A DNA stretch of 64,000 nt from Schmidtea nova. Its lineage: Eukaryota. Position 1 is the stretch's first letter. Each line of letters starts with the position of its first letter. The DNA is taken from assembly GCA_044892505.1 (NCBI GenBank), contig CM097883.1:282782001-282846000 (forward strand), read 5' to 3'. The notes beneath the pieces are model-generated. The model was given only the letters and a program-made list of their open reading frames with translations, was not told the origin of the DNA and did not search any database. Both the position numbers and the translations under genes were made by a program. Below, piece after piece: positions 37,201 to 48,813 of this stretch.

Positions 37201-37365
37201 TGGAATTATTATATTATTTTTAGACATGATATTATTGATATTCTAATCAATGTTATTTATGATGTTTCGAAGAAAAACTATAGAAATACTTGCCAGTTGC
37301 CTTCAGTCATATTTACATCACGAAAAAAGTGTTTTCTGACGAAACCAGTTATTTTAAAAACATAA
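28142..37365 (+). CDS. Caspase-8-like protease; exons 28142-28211, 28842-28954, 33200-33458, 35848-36085, 37224-37365 (822 nt, 273 aa)
   Basis: GT-AG introns join in phase (1,0,1,2) without stops. Motifs GVCLII..RKGSEKD, ILAHG, KPKLFFIQACQG, IPEEADFIYGMAT, GSWYITELC, DIIDIL..QLP..TSRKK. Exon 1 is less certain than exons 2-5. Confidence 0.85.
28842..28954 (+). CDS. Caspase exon 2 (p20 start)
   Basis: (G)VCLIIDIYKYQHYPRKGSEKDRKKIRSAFEDLHFTIQ; CTAG| and |GTAATT. Confidence 0.9.
29335..29550. repeat. Palindromic (fold-back) element, family Y
   Basis: Arms GGTACACGATATTTCGGCAG / GCAGAAATATCGTGTACC; same family at 56533-57030 and 60150-60285. Confidence 0.75.
29639..29679 (-). ncRNA. Minimal type I hammerhead ribozyme, degenerate
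   Basis: GCAA CTGATGA AAAGAAATAAGTTCTC GAAA TATATT GTGC; core intact, stems I and II each have one mismatch. Confidence 0.55.
30536..30576 (+). ncRNA. Minimal type I hammerhead ribozyme, G12A mutant
   Basis: GCAC CTGATGA AGAGAATTAAGTTCTC AAAA TATATT GTGC. Confidence 0.55.
30689..31023. mobile_element. MITE with about 75-bp TIRs
   Basis: TATGATGT(T/G)TCCCCGTCAGATACAGTACC.CATCGGTATTATGTAATAATTGGTC at both ends; a related right end lies at about 32165-32200. Confidence 0.8.
31162..31232 (-). tRNA. tRNA-Ala-like pseudogene or SINE head, copy 1
   Basis: A box TAGCTCAGTG, B box GGTTCAACTCC, TGC in the anticodon-like loop; poor anticodon stem. Confidence 0.55.
31327..31398 (-). tRNA. tRNA-Ala-like pseudogene or SINE head, copy 2
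   Basis: TTCGAATGTAGCTCAGTGATTGAG...TGC...GGTTCGATTCCCAAGTTGGAA; tandem with copy 1, about 165-bp period. Confidence 0.55.
33200..33458 (+). CDS. Caspase exon 3 (catalytic His and Cys)
   Basis: FYENLTKVEM...ILAHG...QACQG; TTAG| and |GTTAGT. Confidence 0.95.
33490..34250 (+). mobile_element. Decayed Gypsy integrase fragment in caspase intron 3
   Basis: ISIFGIPRNLHYDNCTQLK, HQLNGLIERV, WVESLQFTE, KLQPRYGDP. Confidence 0.65.
35848..36085 (+). CDS. Caspase exon 4 (linker plus p10)
   Basis: IPEEADFIYGMATISNYVAYRSTKKGSWYITELC; ACAG| and |GTTGGT. Confidence 0.9.
36829..37223 (+). repeat. Five exact tandem copies of a 79-bp unit containing the caspase 3' splice site
   Basis: Units start at 36829, 36908, 36987, 37066 and 37145; each has TACTAAT and ends TTATTTTTAG. 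Confidence 0.97.
37224..37365 (+). CDS. Caspase terminal exon (not in the supplied ORF track)
   Basis: HDIIDILINVIYDVSKKNYRNTCQLPSVIFTSRKKCFLTKPVILKT* matches the caspase-8 C-terminal pattern. Confidence 0.88.
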
Positions 37366-39935
37366 TTTAATATGAAATTTGATTTGGAGCTGTTATTAGT
37401 GTACACGCACCAATTCTTGAATTTTGATTGAATTTTTGAACGATAAATTTGAAATTATTTTTTTAATAATTAAATTAAGTATTGTAAAAATATTTTATTT
37501 ATTTCATTTAATTTTTATCATTTTCAATATTTATATCGTCACCAATATCTAATATTCTGTATTCCGAAATATGCGATTGACGTTTGAAGAATTGTATAGA
37601 TAGTTAATTAATTAAATAAAAAATATTCTCAAAGTGTATAGTTACTGTACGAAGAACCAGTGGCGGATTTAGATTTTGGTGCGTGGGGGGCGACCAAAAT
37701 TTTCAGGGGGCTCCACAAATTATGAAGATTGTACTACTCATTTTCCCGAGTATTGAGTGAATACTAATATTATTATAAAGCATTAGATTCAGTAAATTTA
37801 TTGATGTAACAAACATACCAGTTTATTTATTATTTAAATTGCTTCCTGCGTGATTTCATTGAAGCAAAACGATTTATAGTCGATTCAAAGTCAATGTTCT
37901 CAGCCAGTTCGCGTTCTATTGAAATTAATGCTAATCCAGACAGACGTTCGTTTGTCATTGTTGATCGCAAATAATTTTTGATAATTTTCAGTCTACTGAA
38001 ACTTCTTTCAGCAGTAGCAGATGTAACAGGAAGAGTCAAGTATATTTTATAGAGAATTGCCAAATTGGGAAGTCCCGGCGCCATCTGTTTTTCAACCAAG
38101 AAAGGCAGCACCTCTTTAAGTTGTATATCACAAGATAGTAATGGGCGTATTGATGCATACACGTATTTGAAAGTATCATATTCTAGGATTGCTTCTTCAA
38201 TATTAATATCGTTTTTGTAAATGTCGCATAAATTTTGAAAAGATTCTTTATTTTCTTCTGATATTTGTGATGGATCAAGACAGGAGAATAAAGCAACAGT
38301 GTTATGAAAATCATTAAAACGTTCATCTAGTTGTGTTACAAGTGTATCCAAGACAGTGAAATACGTTTCACATTTGAAACGTGTAGTTGGATCATCAACA
38401 CTTTCATCTCTGTTAAGTTCGCCTGCCATGCGTTTCTTTTTTGCAACTCGCTTTTCTTTAAATTCTGTTTCAACATCTGGTGAAGAACAATTTTTGGTAA
38501 TAAATGATTTTACAGCAACATTTAGACTTTCAAAAGCTTTATCACTTCTCATATCAGCAAACTTATTTCTGGCAACATAAATCAATTGTTTTGCAAACGC
38601 AATATCTATGTCCTTTCGTTGCAAATAGTTTGATAACACAAAGATATTATCTAACAGCTTTTGTAGAAATAGCATCAGAAAAACAAAAGAATATTTTGTT
38701 ATCAAAATAGATAGTCCCATAGCTTCTGCTCTGACACTTCCTTTGTGTTCTTTTGATTCCCCAAAATTTATATCTTCTAGAGTAGATATAATAGCAGAGA
38801 ATGATCCAACAACTGCATCAACTGCATGCTTTCGACTTGTTCATCTTGTATCAGAAAGTCGTTTTAGAGTATCTACTGTCGATCCATATCGAGACTTCTG
38901 ATGTTCTTCGAGAATATGTAGTCGTGGTAAACTTGATGTAAGGAAAGTATACAACTTTTCTGTTGTACCAAAAAACAACTGAACATCACTGTTAAGAGAC
39001 ATTGCTTCAATAGTCACCAAATTCAATGCATGAGAACAACAGTGAACAAAGATGGCATTTGGTGAAAGTGTCTTTATCTTAGTTTGAAGACCATTTTTAA
39101 TCCCAGACATCACAGAGGCACCATCATATGCCTGTCCTCTACAAAGTGTAATGTCAATGTTTCGCTCTTGTAACTCCGTTAATATTATATCAGAAAATGC
39201 TGCAGCATTACTGTTTTCCAACTTGTAGAAGCCTATAAATCGCTCAACAACTTGTCCTGATTTTAACACTAATCTTAAAGAAACTGACATCTGATCAACT
39301 CTGGATATATCAATTGTTGAATCAACAATTAGAGAAAAGAATTGTGCAGACCTAACTTCATTATCAATATTTGCGGATAATTCAGAGGCAAGTGATTGAA
39401 TTAGGTCATTTTGTACATCATGACATAAATAAAGTTCATTTTTCTTTTCAAACTTTAGATGATTGTCCAAAGTGGAATCATATTTAGCCAATAAAAATAG
39501 CAATTCTCGAAAATTTCCAATATTACTACTACTGTCAGAGCCAGAATGTTCTCTGTGTCCTCTGAATGGCAAACCTTGTTTTGCTAAAAACAACGTTGCA
39601 TCTACCATGCGTTTCAAAACTTCTCTATTTTTTCCACTTGATAACGCTCCTGACTGATCAAACCAGATATCACAGTTTTATCATTTGAAATGCGATATTT
39701 AGCCAGCAAATATTGGCATATTGCACTTTGATGTTGATTGGAAGCTTCATGTTTAACGATTTTTTCCATGCCTTTTTTCCAGTTATAAACTCCAAAATTT
39801 GGATCGGACCATTCCTTGCTAAAATTTTCAGTTTTACAATCAGCGAATAACCATCAAGCTTGGCAATGCATTTTTTGATTTGTTGGTGAATAGACAAGCT
39901 AATTTCTTTCCTCCTTCATACTACCTTTTCCAAAC

Positions 39936-40167
39936 GGGTATTATTATTTCGTCACTTAAATTACAAACATGGTCACTAATTTTTTTTAAATTTGTCTCTT
40001 TAATTACATAAATGTGCTCGTCATTTAATTAAATTGTCTATTAAATTTATTGAATGATCACTAGGTCTAAATGGTCTCTTTAATTAAAAAAGTTGTCTCT
40101 TAATTTGTTTATTTAGTCACTTATTTTAATTTAATGGTCTAATTTTGTGATTAACGATCACTTATTA

Positions 40168-40245
<78 letters not shown>

Positions 40246-40758
40246 TATCATTATATTNNNNNNNNNNNNNNNNNNNNNNNNNNNNNNNNNNNNNNNNNNN
40301 NNNNNNNNNNNNNNNNNNNNNNNNNNNNNNNNNNNNNNNNNNNNNNNNNNNNNNNNNNNNNNNNNNNNNNNNNNNNNNNNNNNNNNNNNNNNNNNNNNNN
40401 NNNNNNNNNNNNNNNNNNNNNNNNNNNNNNNNNNNNNNNNNNNNNNNNNNTATTTAGTATTATTTAGTGGTTATGGTTTGTCATTTTTCTTATTAAATTT
40501 TTTTTTACATAAAAATTCAATTAAATTTCAAATAAACATTTTGAACAGCTTACATTTTTTTTATTTAAGTGACTTAAAGTAATTTAAGTGACCATATTTG
40601 GTAAATTTAAGTGCTCACTTATATTTAATTTTGAGTGATCAAGTTAGTAATTTAAGTGACCAAATCTGTAATTGAAGTGATCGCTTATGATTTATTAAAG
40701 TGATCAAAAATATTAAGTGATCATTTATGTAATTTAAGTGACCGGATAATCACCACCC
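39936..40758. mobile_element. MULE-like insert interrupting the hAT transposase (spans an N gap)
   Basis: Inverted arrays of GGTCACTTAA / TTAAGTGACC motifs; flanking 10-bp direct repeat TTTTCCAAA(C/A); the transposase frame rejoins when it is removed. Confidence 0.6.
40258..40450. other. Assembly gap (others at 46600-46872 and 56395-56532)
   Basis: Runs of N. Confidence 1.
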
Positions 40759-43291
40759 TTTTCCAAAACATTTTGTGTACCAAGAAATTTGAAACTTGCG
40801 CCCCAATTCATCTGTCGGAAATTGATATAGTTCATTGAGTCCAGGTTGAAATGGTCCGATTTCAAACAATTTTCGTATCAGTTTCGAGCTTATGCTCGTA
40901 TTAATGTAGAGTCCTGGATCTGTAGGAAAGTCGGATTGAGGAAGAAGTGGTTCTTGTAAAATATCTGAAACAAGTTGTTTTTCCACTGTATCAAATTCTG
41001 AACCACCCTGATTATGTTTCAAGCCCTGAGCAGGTAATGTTACCGTCTCAGTATTCTCTGCACATGAATGTATAGCTGGGTGTTGATCATCAACTACAGA
41101 TAGTACTTGCTCATCTTCAACAAGAACTTCAGATGATGTTTCTGTCTCAGCAGGCTCAGTACAGGAACTCGAATGCGTAGATGGGTGTTGATCATCAAAT
41201 ACATGCACATTTTTAGCAGAAACTTCAGCTGATTGAACTACTGGCAGTTTAGACTGTTTAGTAATAAATGATGTTAACTTAATACATTTGCTAGCATCTG
41301 CCTTGAGACTGGCTTCCTTTGCCAATTTACGCCTAGATGATCCACTTAATTTGGTAACTGATTTTCTTTTATTAGTGTCACCAGTTGACTCAGCCATGGC
41401 TCTAATTTAAATTTTATTTTAATTCAATATTGAATATTATTTTAATATTTCAATACTAACGCAATAATTTGTTTGTCATAAAAGTCCAAATTGACAATAA
41501 TTTTTATGGTTAGATTTATGTACAAACACTATACAAGCTTAAAAAAGTCAAACTGTCGCTCTTCACAGGAGCTATGTAATATTATTAATATGATGCAGCA
41601 TAACAGCTGGAGTTGCTTAAATCCAGTTGAACTTTGTACACAGACAAAACTGTAATAAGAGACAGTGGCAGTCTCAGCACTGCTGAGTAAGCTGTAATCT
41701 GCACTACTGAAGAATATGCCTGCTGCTGTGCTGCATCAACTATGTTTAACAACATAGCTGAGTAATAGGTACTATCAATAATAATAATAATAATAATAAT
41801 ATAAACGGTGACTCTGAGCAGCTGTATGCTGCAGTGATAGTAGAATACATTTCAATCCATTTAGCTCTTCCAAATCAAAGATATATTAAATTGTCAGTGT
41901 CAGTGATCGGATTAATCTTAATGCTTGTACACATTCATAAAAATTATCTTTGGGGGGCGCCAATTAGGATTCAACAGGGGCGTGGGGGGGCGACCCACCC
42001 CCTTACGCCGCTGTTGAATCCGCCACTGCGAAGAACTTATAATAATAACAAATTGTTATTTTTTTCATGGCTCAGAGTTAACTTTATCAGTTAGAATAGT
42101 TTTAAAACATTTAGCTTATGGAAGTCACGACTGTATCAGATTTATTACACGGCTTCATCCAGGATTTGGTTTCTTTTAAAAATTAATATAATATTTAATT
42201 TTCACTGAAGATGACTGCAAAGATTTAATCCTTTAAAGAAAGGAATCCGAAATAAATTTTTGTTTTCATAAAATATTTTTTTTCATTCGTAGGTTATTTC
42301 AACACATTCTACAACGATTTTGTTTGGCGAGTTATTTGTTCCAGACATAGATTTCTCGGATGTCATTTTAAACATAACTGTCTTTACACCTATGGATCAT
42401 ATGATTTACTAATATGCCTACTTGTAAGATATCAAATGTTTTTATAACTTGATAAAATAAATGTTGATATTATTTGATGGAAGGTGTTTTTAAACAGCGC
42501 ATCTCTTACTTCACAAAATACATGCGTTAAGACAACTGTATGCGAGCTAGTGACGCGTTTCCGTCTAGTCATTTAAATTGTTACAGGAAATCAACGTACT
42601 TTAAGCGTTTATCATTTTATTACACTCTAAAATATGAAAACGGGAGTCACTTAATAAATTTAAACCTGGATATTTCTATCCGATATTATTTGCCTGGATA
42701 TTTTGGTTGATTATCTTAGGACGCCACACAATACGTTCTAGTCTGCTGACAGAGTAAGGTATCACTTAACACAATGGATTGTCAACCCATCACCTGTATG
42801 ATTGTGTTGTTGAATTTTTAAGAAAACTTTAATATCTGCTTGTATGAATCTTGATGCTCTAGGGTTAAAATACACATAAAATGACTACTGTCCATTTACA
42901 CGTAAATACCCTATCTATTTATGGATAATCATGGCCTAAATGTTGAGCCTACGTGTGCGCAATAATTAATTTATTTCGCGTCTGTGTGAGCAGTTGTTTC
43001 AGTTTAAAGGAGATGTATGCCATCTTCTCGCGTCTGTGTGCGCAGCATTGATTTTTATGGCTTGCTGTTCTTGCGTCTGTGTGCGCGTTTCGTCGAATTC
43101 TTTTAGTTGTTTAATAAAGGAATTTCTGAATTGTTAGATTTATTGATTGTTTTATCGAATTAATTCGATTAATTGTCTTGTGTTCTTCATGGAGATTTTC
43201 GAATTTTTGCTAAGTGGAAATTTATTTTGCAAATAAACATTTTGAACAATTGAAGACTCCAATTTGGAGTTAGTTTTTATTTTTCACTCTT

Positions 43292-43520
43292 ATGGACAAA
43301 AGATTAACCATCCAAAATATGAATGCCATAGCTCATGTTGATCATAGAAAGTCTAACTCAACAAATTCGCTGGTGAGTGAAGATTGTGTTACAACAACTG
43401 TCAAAGCCAATGAGGCTAGAATTACAGATACAATAAAAGATGAACAGGAAAGATGTATAATCGTAAAATCTACAACTATTTCCATGTACAATGAAATGAT
43501 TGAAGACAATTTAGCTTCAG
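43292..43520 (+). pseudogene. EEF2: Elongation factor 2 N-terminal fragment, degraded
   Basis: MDKRLTIQNMNAIAHVDHRKSNSTNSL...TDTIKDEQERCIIVKSTTISM versus eEF2 [21 protein letters not shown]...DEQERCITIKSTAIS; P-loop G changed to R. Confidence 0.85.
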
Positions 43521-43612
43521 AATTGATGACTTCAGAATTTATCTTATTACATTTCTATAATGTCTGGAACGTCGAAGGTTTTCCTAAATAACCGAAAGCT
43601 GGTGCGGCTCGG

Positions 43613-43942
43613 TTGTGTACTGCTCTTCGAGAATCTCGAAAGAATTGTGAATCAATAACGCTGTTTTTTGGTGATTCTTTAAGTTTGTCCATGATTAGTA
43701 CAATAATTCAAGGAGATCATGTGCCAGATAGTTTGAATGAAATCGATATCAATGTGGCCGTGTATGGCAATCGTGATTTTGCTTTCGGTGTTGTCAAGTT
43801 AATGCAATGTGTAGATAAAATAAATTTCCAATGGTTAAATAGTGTTATCTTTGACAGTATGACAGAGGAAATGTTCGCTTTGTTAAACCATGGTAGCAGA
43901 GCGTGGTTCCCTTTGGGGGGCACGCACAAATTCTCAGAATGA
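43613..43942 (+). other. Unassigned 109-aa ORF
   Basis: Open frame of normal composition; no family recognised. Confidence 0.2.
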
Positions 43943-44327
43943 TAGCTTAGGTGAGGGGGATTCCAAGATATATCCAGTTTCACCACAATGAAGATTATAT
44001 TAAATATATAATTTCTCCTTCTCGTTTTAATTTAATATATACAAAAAATACCAGGAGAATCCACGATGGATAAGTCAAAGAATCAGCTCCAAAAATGATG
44101 ATAAACATACAAATGGATGAACAGGCGTCTGGACTTTGAAGATGGCGTAAAAGTGAACTTTATTTTGATAGTTTATATGTATAGGTTATATGTAAGGTTA
44201 TACGTTCCTCCTTCTCTTCTTCCCTTTGCGACATTTTGCGACAGGCTTTAGCGTAATAAGGGACCGGAAAAGGTGCTGCTATGAGCCCCAGCATTCTTTT
44301 TAATTCGTAAATGAACTGACAGAGGAA

Positions 44328-44782
44328 AAGCAGATTTTTGTAAAAACTTTTACTGGAAAAACCATTAATTTAGAAGTTGAGTGCAGCGATAAAATTGAAA
44401 ATGTGAAAGCGAAAATACAAGATAAAGACGGCATTCCACCAGATCAACAAAGATTGATCTTTGCCGGTAAACAGTTAGAAGATGGAAGGACTTTATCAAA
44501 TTACAACATTCAAAAAGAATCTACACTAAATTTGGTTTTGTGTTATCAAGGTGGCATGCAAATATTTGTAAAAGCATTAACAGGGAAAACTATTACCCTG
44601 GAATCTGAATTAAGCGACACAATAGAAAACGTAAAGGGAAAAATCTAAGACAAAGTAGGAATTCCACTAGTGCAGCAAAGATTAATTTATGCTGGCAGAC
44701 AATTAAAGGTCGCCGAAAATTATCGGACTATAAGGTTGTTAATGGGTCGACCATTCATTTGGTCCTGCGTTTTAGAGGAGGT
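44328..44782 (+). pseudogene. Tandem di-ubiquitin, decayed
   Basis: Unit 1 at 44328-44555 (start ATG changed to AAG, ends CYQGG). Unit 2 at 44556-44782 (TAA at Q31, 1-nt deletion, ends HLVLRFRGG). Confidence 0.92.
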
Positions 44783-45271
44783 GGTATTGAAGATGATGAT
44801 AACTACAGAAATTTATGGACTCGTCGGTGTTCTCGAAAATGGAAAATAACTCGAGCGCGTAATTTATTGTTGGCAGAAATGGTCGGGGATATTAAGGATA
44901 CACTTGTAGCCTATGAAAAAGAGTTTGACGATACAATGGACGAATGGCTAAGACTTGTCGAGTTATGTGACGAATTAAATAAAATGGAGGAGTTTGTATT
45001 GGTTGAAAAAGATATTTGTGAGCTCGCAGCGAAGAAGGAAGAGGTAGATAAATTAATGCAAAAATAAACAGAACAAAGTATTGTGAGCAAGGGATCAAAT
45101 ACATTGGAATGTGAATCACCAAAGGAAAGGAAGAGTTTAAATCGGTTGCAGAAAATAAAAATTCCAATTTTCGATGGGAAAGTGGTAGAGTCTAAAACGT
45201 GGTTAGGTATTCAATCCTCAGATGATAAAGGATTTAACGGGGAAATAGAAAAAACTTTCGGTGCTAGATAA
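44783..45271 (+). mobile_element. BEL/Pao Gag-like N-terminal fragment in frame with ubiquitin unit 2
   Basis: RRCSRKWKITRARNLL..., helical region, then RLQKIKIPIFDGKVVESKTW resembling the BEL Gag KLP.L.IP.F.G....W motif; one stop at 45065. Confidence 0.65.
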
Positions 45272-47554
45272 TGAATTTTACAGAGTGATTTGAACACATT
45301 ACCTTTAATTTTTTTCATTTATCACCCGTTGTAGATTTTTGTATTCTCATATTTGAAACTACTGACGTCACAATATTCCGACACTCGCAACTAGACTGAT
45401 TTTATTTTCTCACATCTTGCCATTAGATAGTTCCACCGTCCGTCCCACGCTCGAGACGCGAAACTAATGGTCGAATTATCGGAAAGTCGGTGACCCATGA
45501 GGCCGCCTTGACTCTCGAGGCACATCGTCTATGTACAAATTTTGAAAATTGAAATATGTTAACAAACAAAAACTCAGTATTATACATTAGAAACATTTAT
45601 TAATATAAAACATTACTTATAACTTCTTCCAAAATATCTTCCTGATTAAGAAATAAAGGTATAAAGCGATAATAACAACCAGAAATACTACTGAAATTGA
45701 TTGATAATAAAGTTTAGTGTTGCTAAATTATTAACAGTACGATAAAAAAATTTTAAAACAAAATGCTGCTTTCCGACTGATTGAGCGTCCTTTATATATT
45801 ATTTTTTGCGCTCAATCAGCCAATCAAAATATTTCTTGTTTTAATTTAATCGTTAATCAATTTTTTAAAATAATTTTGCGTTTTTCCTTTTTCGGTTAAT
45901 TATTTCTATATATTTGTTTTATATCTACTTTATTTTTAATTGGTTAAGTCTAGTTTTCATTTTTCTTCCTTTTTCTATGTTCCCTCAATTTTAGAAGTTT
46001 TTCTCATTTTTAGATGCTGTAAATTTTTTTCTTTGTTATCATAATTTATCAAAGCTTTCGTTTTTTGTTTCGTTTTCTTATTTCATCTTTTAATTTAATT
46101 CTAATTATTCTTTATTTATTCTTGAATTATTTTAGATTTATTGTCGCTTCGGTTGACTGTGTCACCTATTGAGTTTTTAACCTTTTTCTCCAATATGTCT
46201 AACTTACAAGTTTTTTTATCATATCACTGTCGGCATCAATGCTTAAAACCATGTACGTAAGAATATGTCAGCATACTGGTTCAGAAAAGAAGAATTGATC
46301 AGATCAGACCTGAGCAAGATGATGCGTCATACTTTTTGTTAATCTCTTTGTCAAGCTCAAAAACTTTCAAATCTTTTTCTTATTTTGTAAAAGTACTGAC
46401 TCAATTGGTAATAACCTCTTAACGAAAAGATAAACAATTAATATTCATACAACAGATCGGAAGTTGGGCTACAAATTGGCAACTCCTGTTTTTTCAACTC
46501 AAAGGGTGTATCAAGACAAGGAATATATTTTTGAAATATATATATATATATATACATATATTTTTGTAATAAATTTGTTTGTAACCTCGGAGGATTGCAN
46601 NNNNNNNNNNNNNNNNNNNNNNNNNNNNNNNNNNNNNNNNNNNNNNNNNNNNNNNNNNNNNNNNNNNNNNNNNNNNNNNNNNNNNNNNNNNNNNNNNNNN
46701 NNNNNNNNNNNNNNNNNNNNNNNNNNNNNNNNNNNNNNNNNNNNNNNNNNNNNNNNNNNNNNNNNNNNNNNNNNNNNNNNNNNNNNNNNNNNNNNNNNNN
46801 NNNNNNNNNNNNNNNNNNNNNNNNNNNNNNNNNNNNNNNNNNNNNNNNNNNNNNNNNNNNNNNNNNNNNNNNCGAAATGCATCTTTGCCATTAGTAATGA
46901 TGTTGTTAATGCAATTCATATTGATATTAAGCTAGTTGACAATTCTATTTAATGAATATCAATCTTCATTAGAAATTAATGATCGTAGATATAAAAATTC
47001 AGTCCTTATCAGCTTGATAAGAAACGAAAATTTAAATCCATTGAATTTTCTGAAATTTTATCTTCTAATTATATGATATTAGTAGTGCTGAACAAAAACT
47101 AAATCTCATTACTTTCGAAGCGAGCATGGACAAACATGTAGAGACCGCGCAAGAAGTATACTTAAATACATATTCAAACACCGAATAAACGAAAGTAACT
47201 AGAAACACATAAGAAAAAATTAATTAAAACAAAATTAAAGTTTAAATTAAACAAGAGCAAGAAGTTACCACGAAAAATCATAAACAAAACAAATTAACAA
47301 AACTTTCACTGAAAAATTACGTAAATATAAAATTCTTTGAATTTTATAATTTAATATACAAAGTATGTCATTTTGATGTTTTGCTAGTCCTTATTATTTA
47401 TTCCTTATTTATTCGGTGCGTGTCATGCCACGGTAACTCATTATTTATTGGTTCGAATGTTCAAATAGTATTCAATAAAGATTTCTCAATATTCGATGTA
47501 TTCTCAGTCAAAGCCAAATTACTGCATGTATAAAAATGAAATTTATTTTGTTTA

Positions 47555-48445
47555 TTTTCTTGATCTTCCGAGTCGTTAACTAACTGTGAGTATCTCCAGC
47601 TTGTTGTGATGCAGGGTACATTAGTGTGTGTTCATAAGTTTAGAGTTAATTCTTTCGAACTATCCAACCACATGCTGTCGATGCAACATCAAAGTCTAGC
47701 CTCAGACTTATATAAATGTAAAATAATGGCCGGCAATTCATCCTCAAGATTGCTATAATAAAACTTTGCTTTCTTTAAAAAATCTTTTAATTTTTTATGT
47801 TTAAAGTAAATTTTCTTTAAATATAAGGAAATATTGTTTCTAGATATACACTACATAAAGATAAAATAAACTCAAAGCAGATAAAGATAATGGTGAAGTA
47901 TTTTCGTCAATGTTTATGTAAAAATGATGGTTGAAAATGACAAAATATCAAAGACAACTAAGACAACTAAAAATTTTCTCATTTGATAGGGCTAAGCTGC
48001 TGAAAGACATATTATGATAGAGTTTTTAAAGATGCGATATGCGCATTGCTGTTTAAAACTTGGAGAGACTACATTATTCTGACCAAGCAAGCTATATTTT
48101 GCTCATCCTAATTCTTTTATTCAGTTCGCCTCATTCCCCAGTTACTCATTGTCTGTTGATTCATTTATGAAGGAAAAATCCTCTGATTGAAGACCGAATT
48201 CATTGCATTCATCACAATGAATATTTACTATTTATTGTTTAATTTTTTAACCTTCCGAGTTGTTAACTCGCCAAGAGTATCTCCACCTTCTTGCGATGCA
48301 GGTACGTCAGCGTGGGTTTACGAGTTTAAAATGGATTCTCCTGAACTGTTTAACTGCATTCTGTTGACATGAGATCGAAGTCTGGCATTATACTTACGTA
48401 GATGTAAAAGAATGGCTTGAGGTTCATCCACAAGATTATTATAGT
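47555..48445 (-). pseudogene. Two diverged copies of an unidentified exon-like segment (47555-47760, 48245-48445)
   Basis: NLEDELPAIILHLYKSEARL...LTTRKIKK versus NLVDEPQAILLHLRKYNARL...LTTRKVKK, both with stops. Confidence 0.5.
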
Positions 48446-48694
48446 TTGTTTTTTTAAAAGAATTATTTTTTGTTGCTGTTCAAAGTCAATCTTCCTCTAA
48501 TATCTGGAACATTGATATATATAGAACATTAAAATGAAAGCAATATCGAGTTGTTGGGCAAAAACTAAATCCAAAATGAGTTTTTTTATTCAATTGATTA
48601 CAAAGCATGTAGAGAGCGCGCAAGAAGTTAATTAAAAATGCTATCAGAAAACATTAAATAAAATTGCTGTGACCATTACTAGAATCTATGAACA

Positions 48695-48813
48695 AATTTC
48701 GTCATTCTCGATTTACACTTCTTGCATATCCTTCCAGTCGTATGTAAATAGTTGTCGCGAAGGCGCTTCAAAGTTGCCACTGGAGCTCATGTTGAACCAG
48801 TAAACCATGTCAA
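48695..48813 (-). mobile_element. Isolated fragment of the 12.1-15.8 kb LTR family
   Basis: Near-identical to 12550-12668 (integrase C-terminal region). Confidence 0.85.

Larger units (their letters stand above)
37658..42028 (-). mobile_element. hAT (Tip100/ZMYM-like) transposon, full length, decayed
   Basis: TIR CAGTGGCGGATT and exact 8-bp TSD CGAAGAAC; transposase pieces 41397-37830 (LPFRGH, VDSTID, GQAYDGA, CCSHALN, SATAERSFS). Confidence 0.95.

Noticed and set aside
36829-37223. CRISPR-like array
   Set aside because: Contiguous identical units with no spacers, no cas genes and a eukaryotic intron context.
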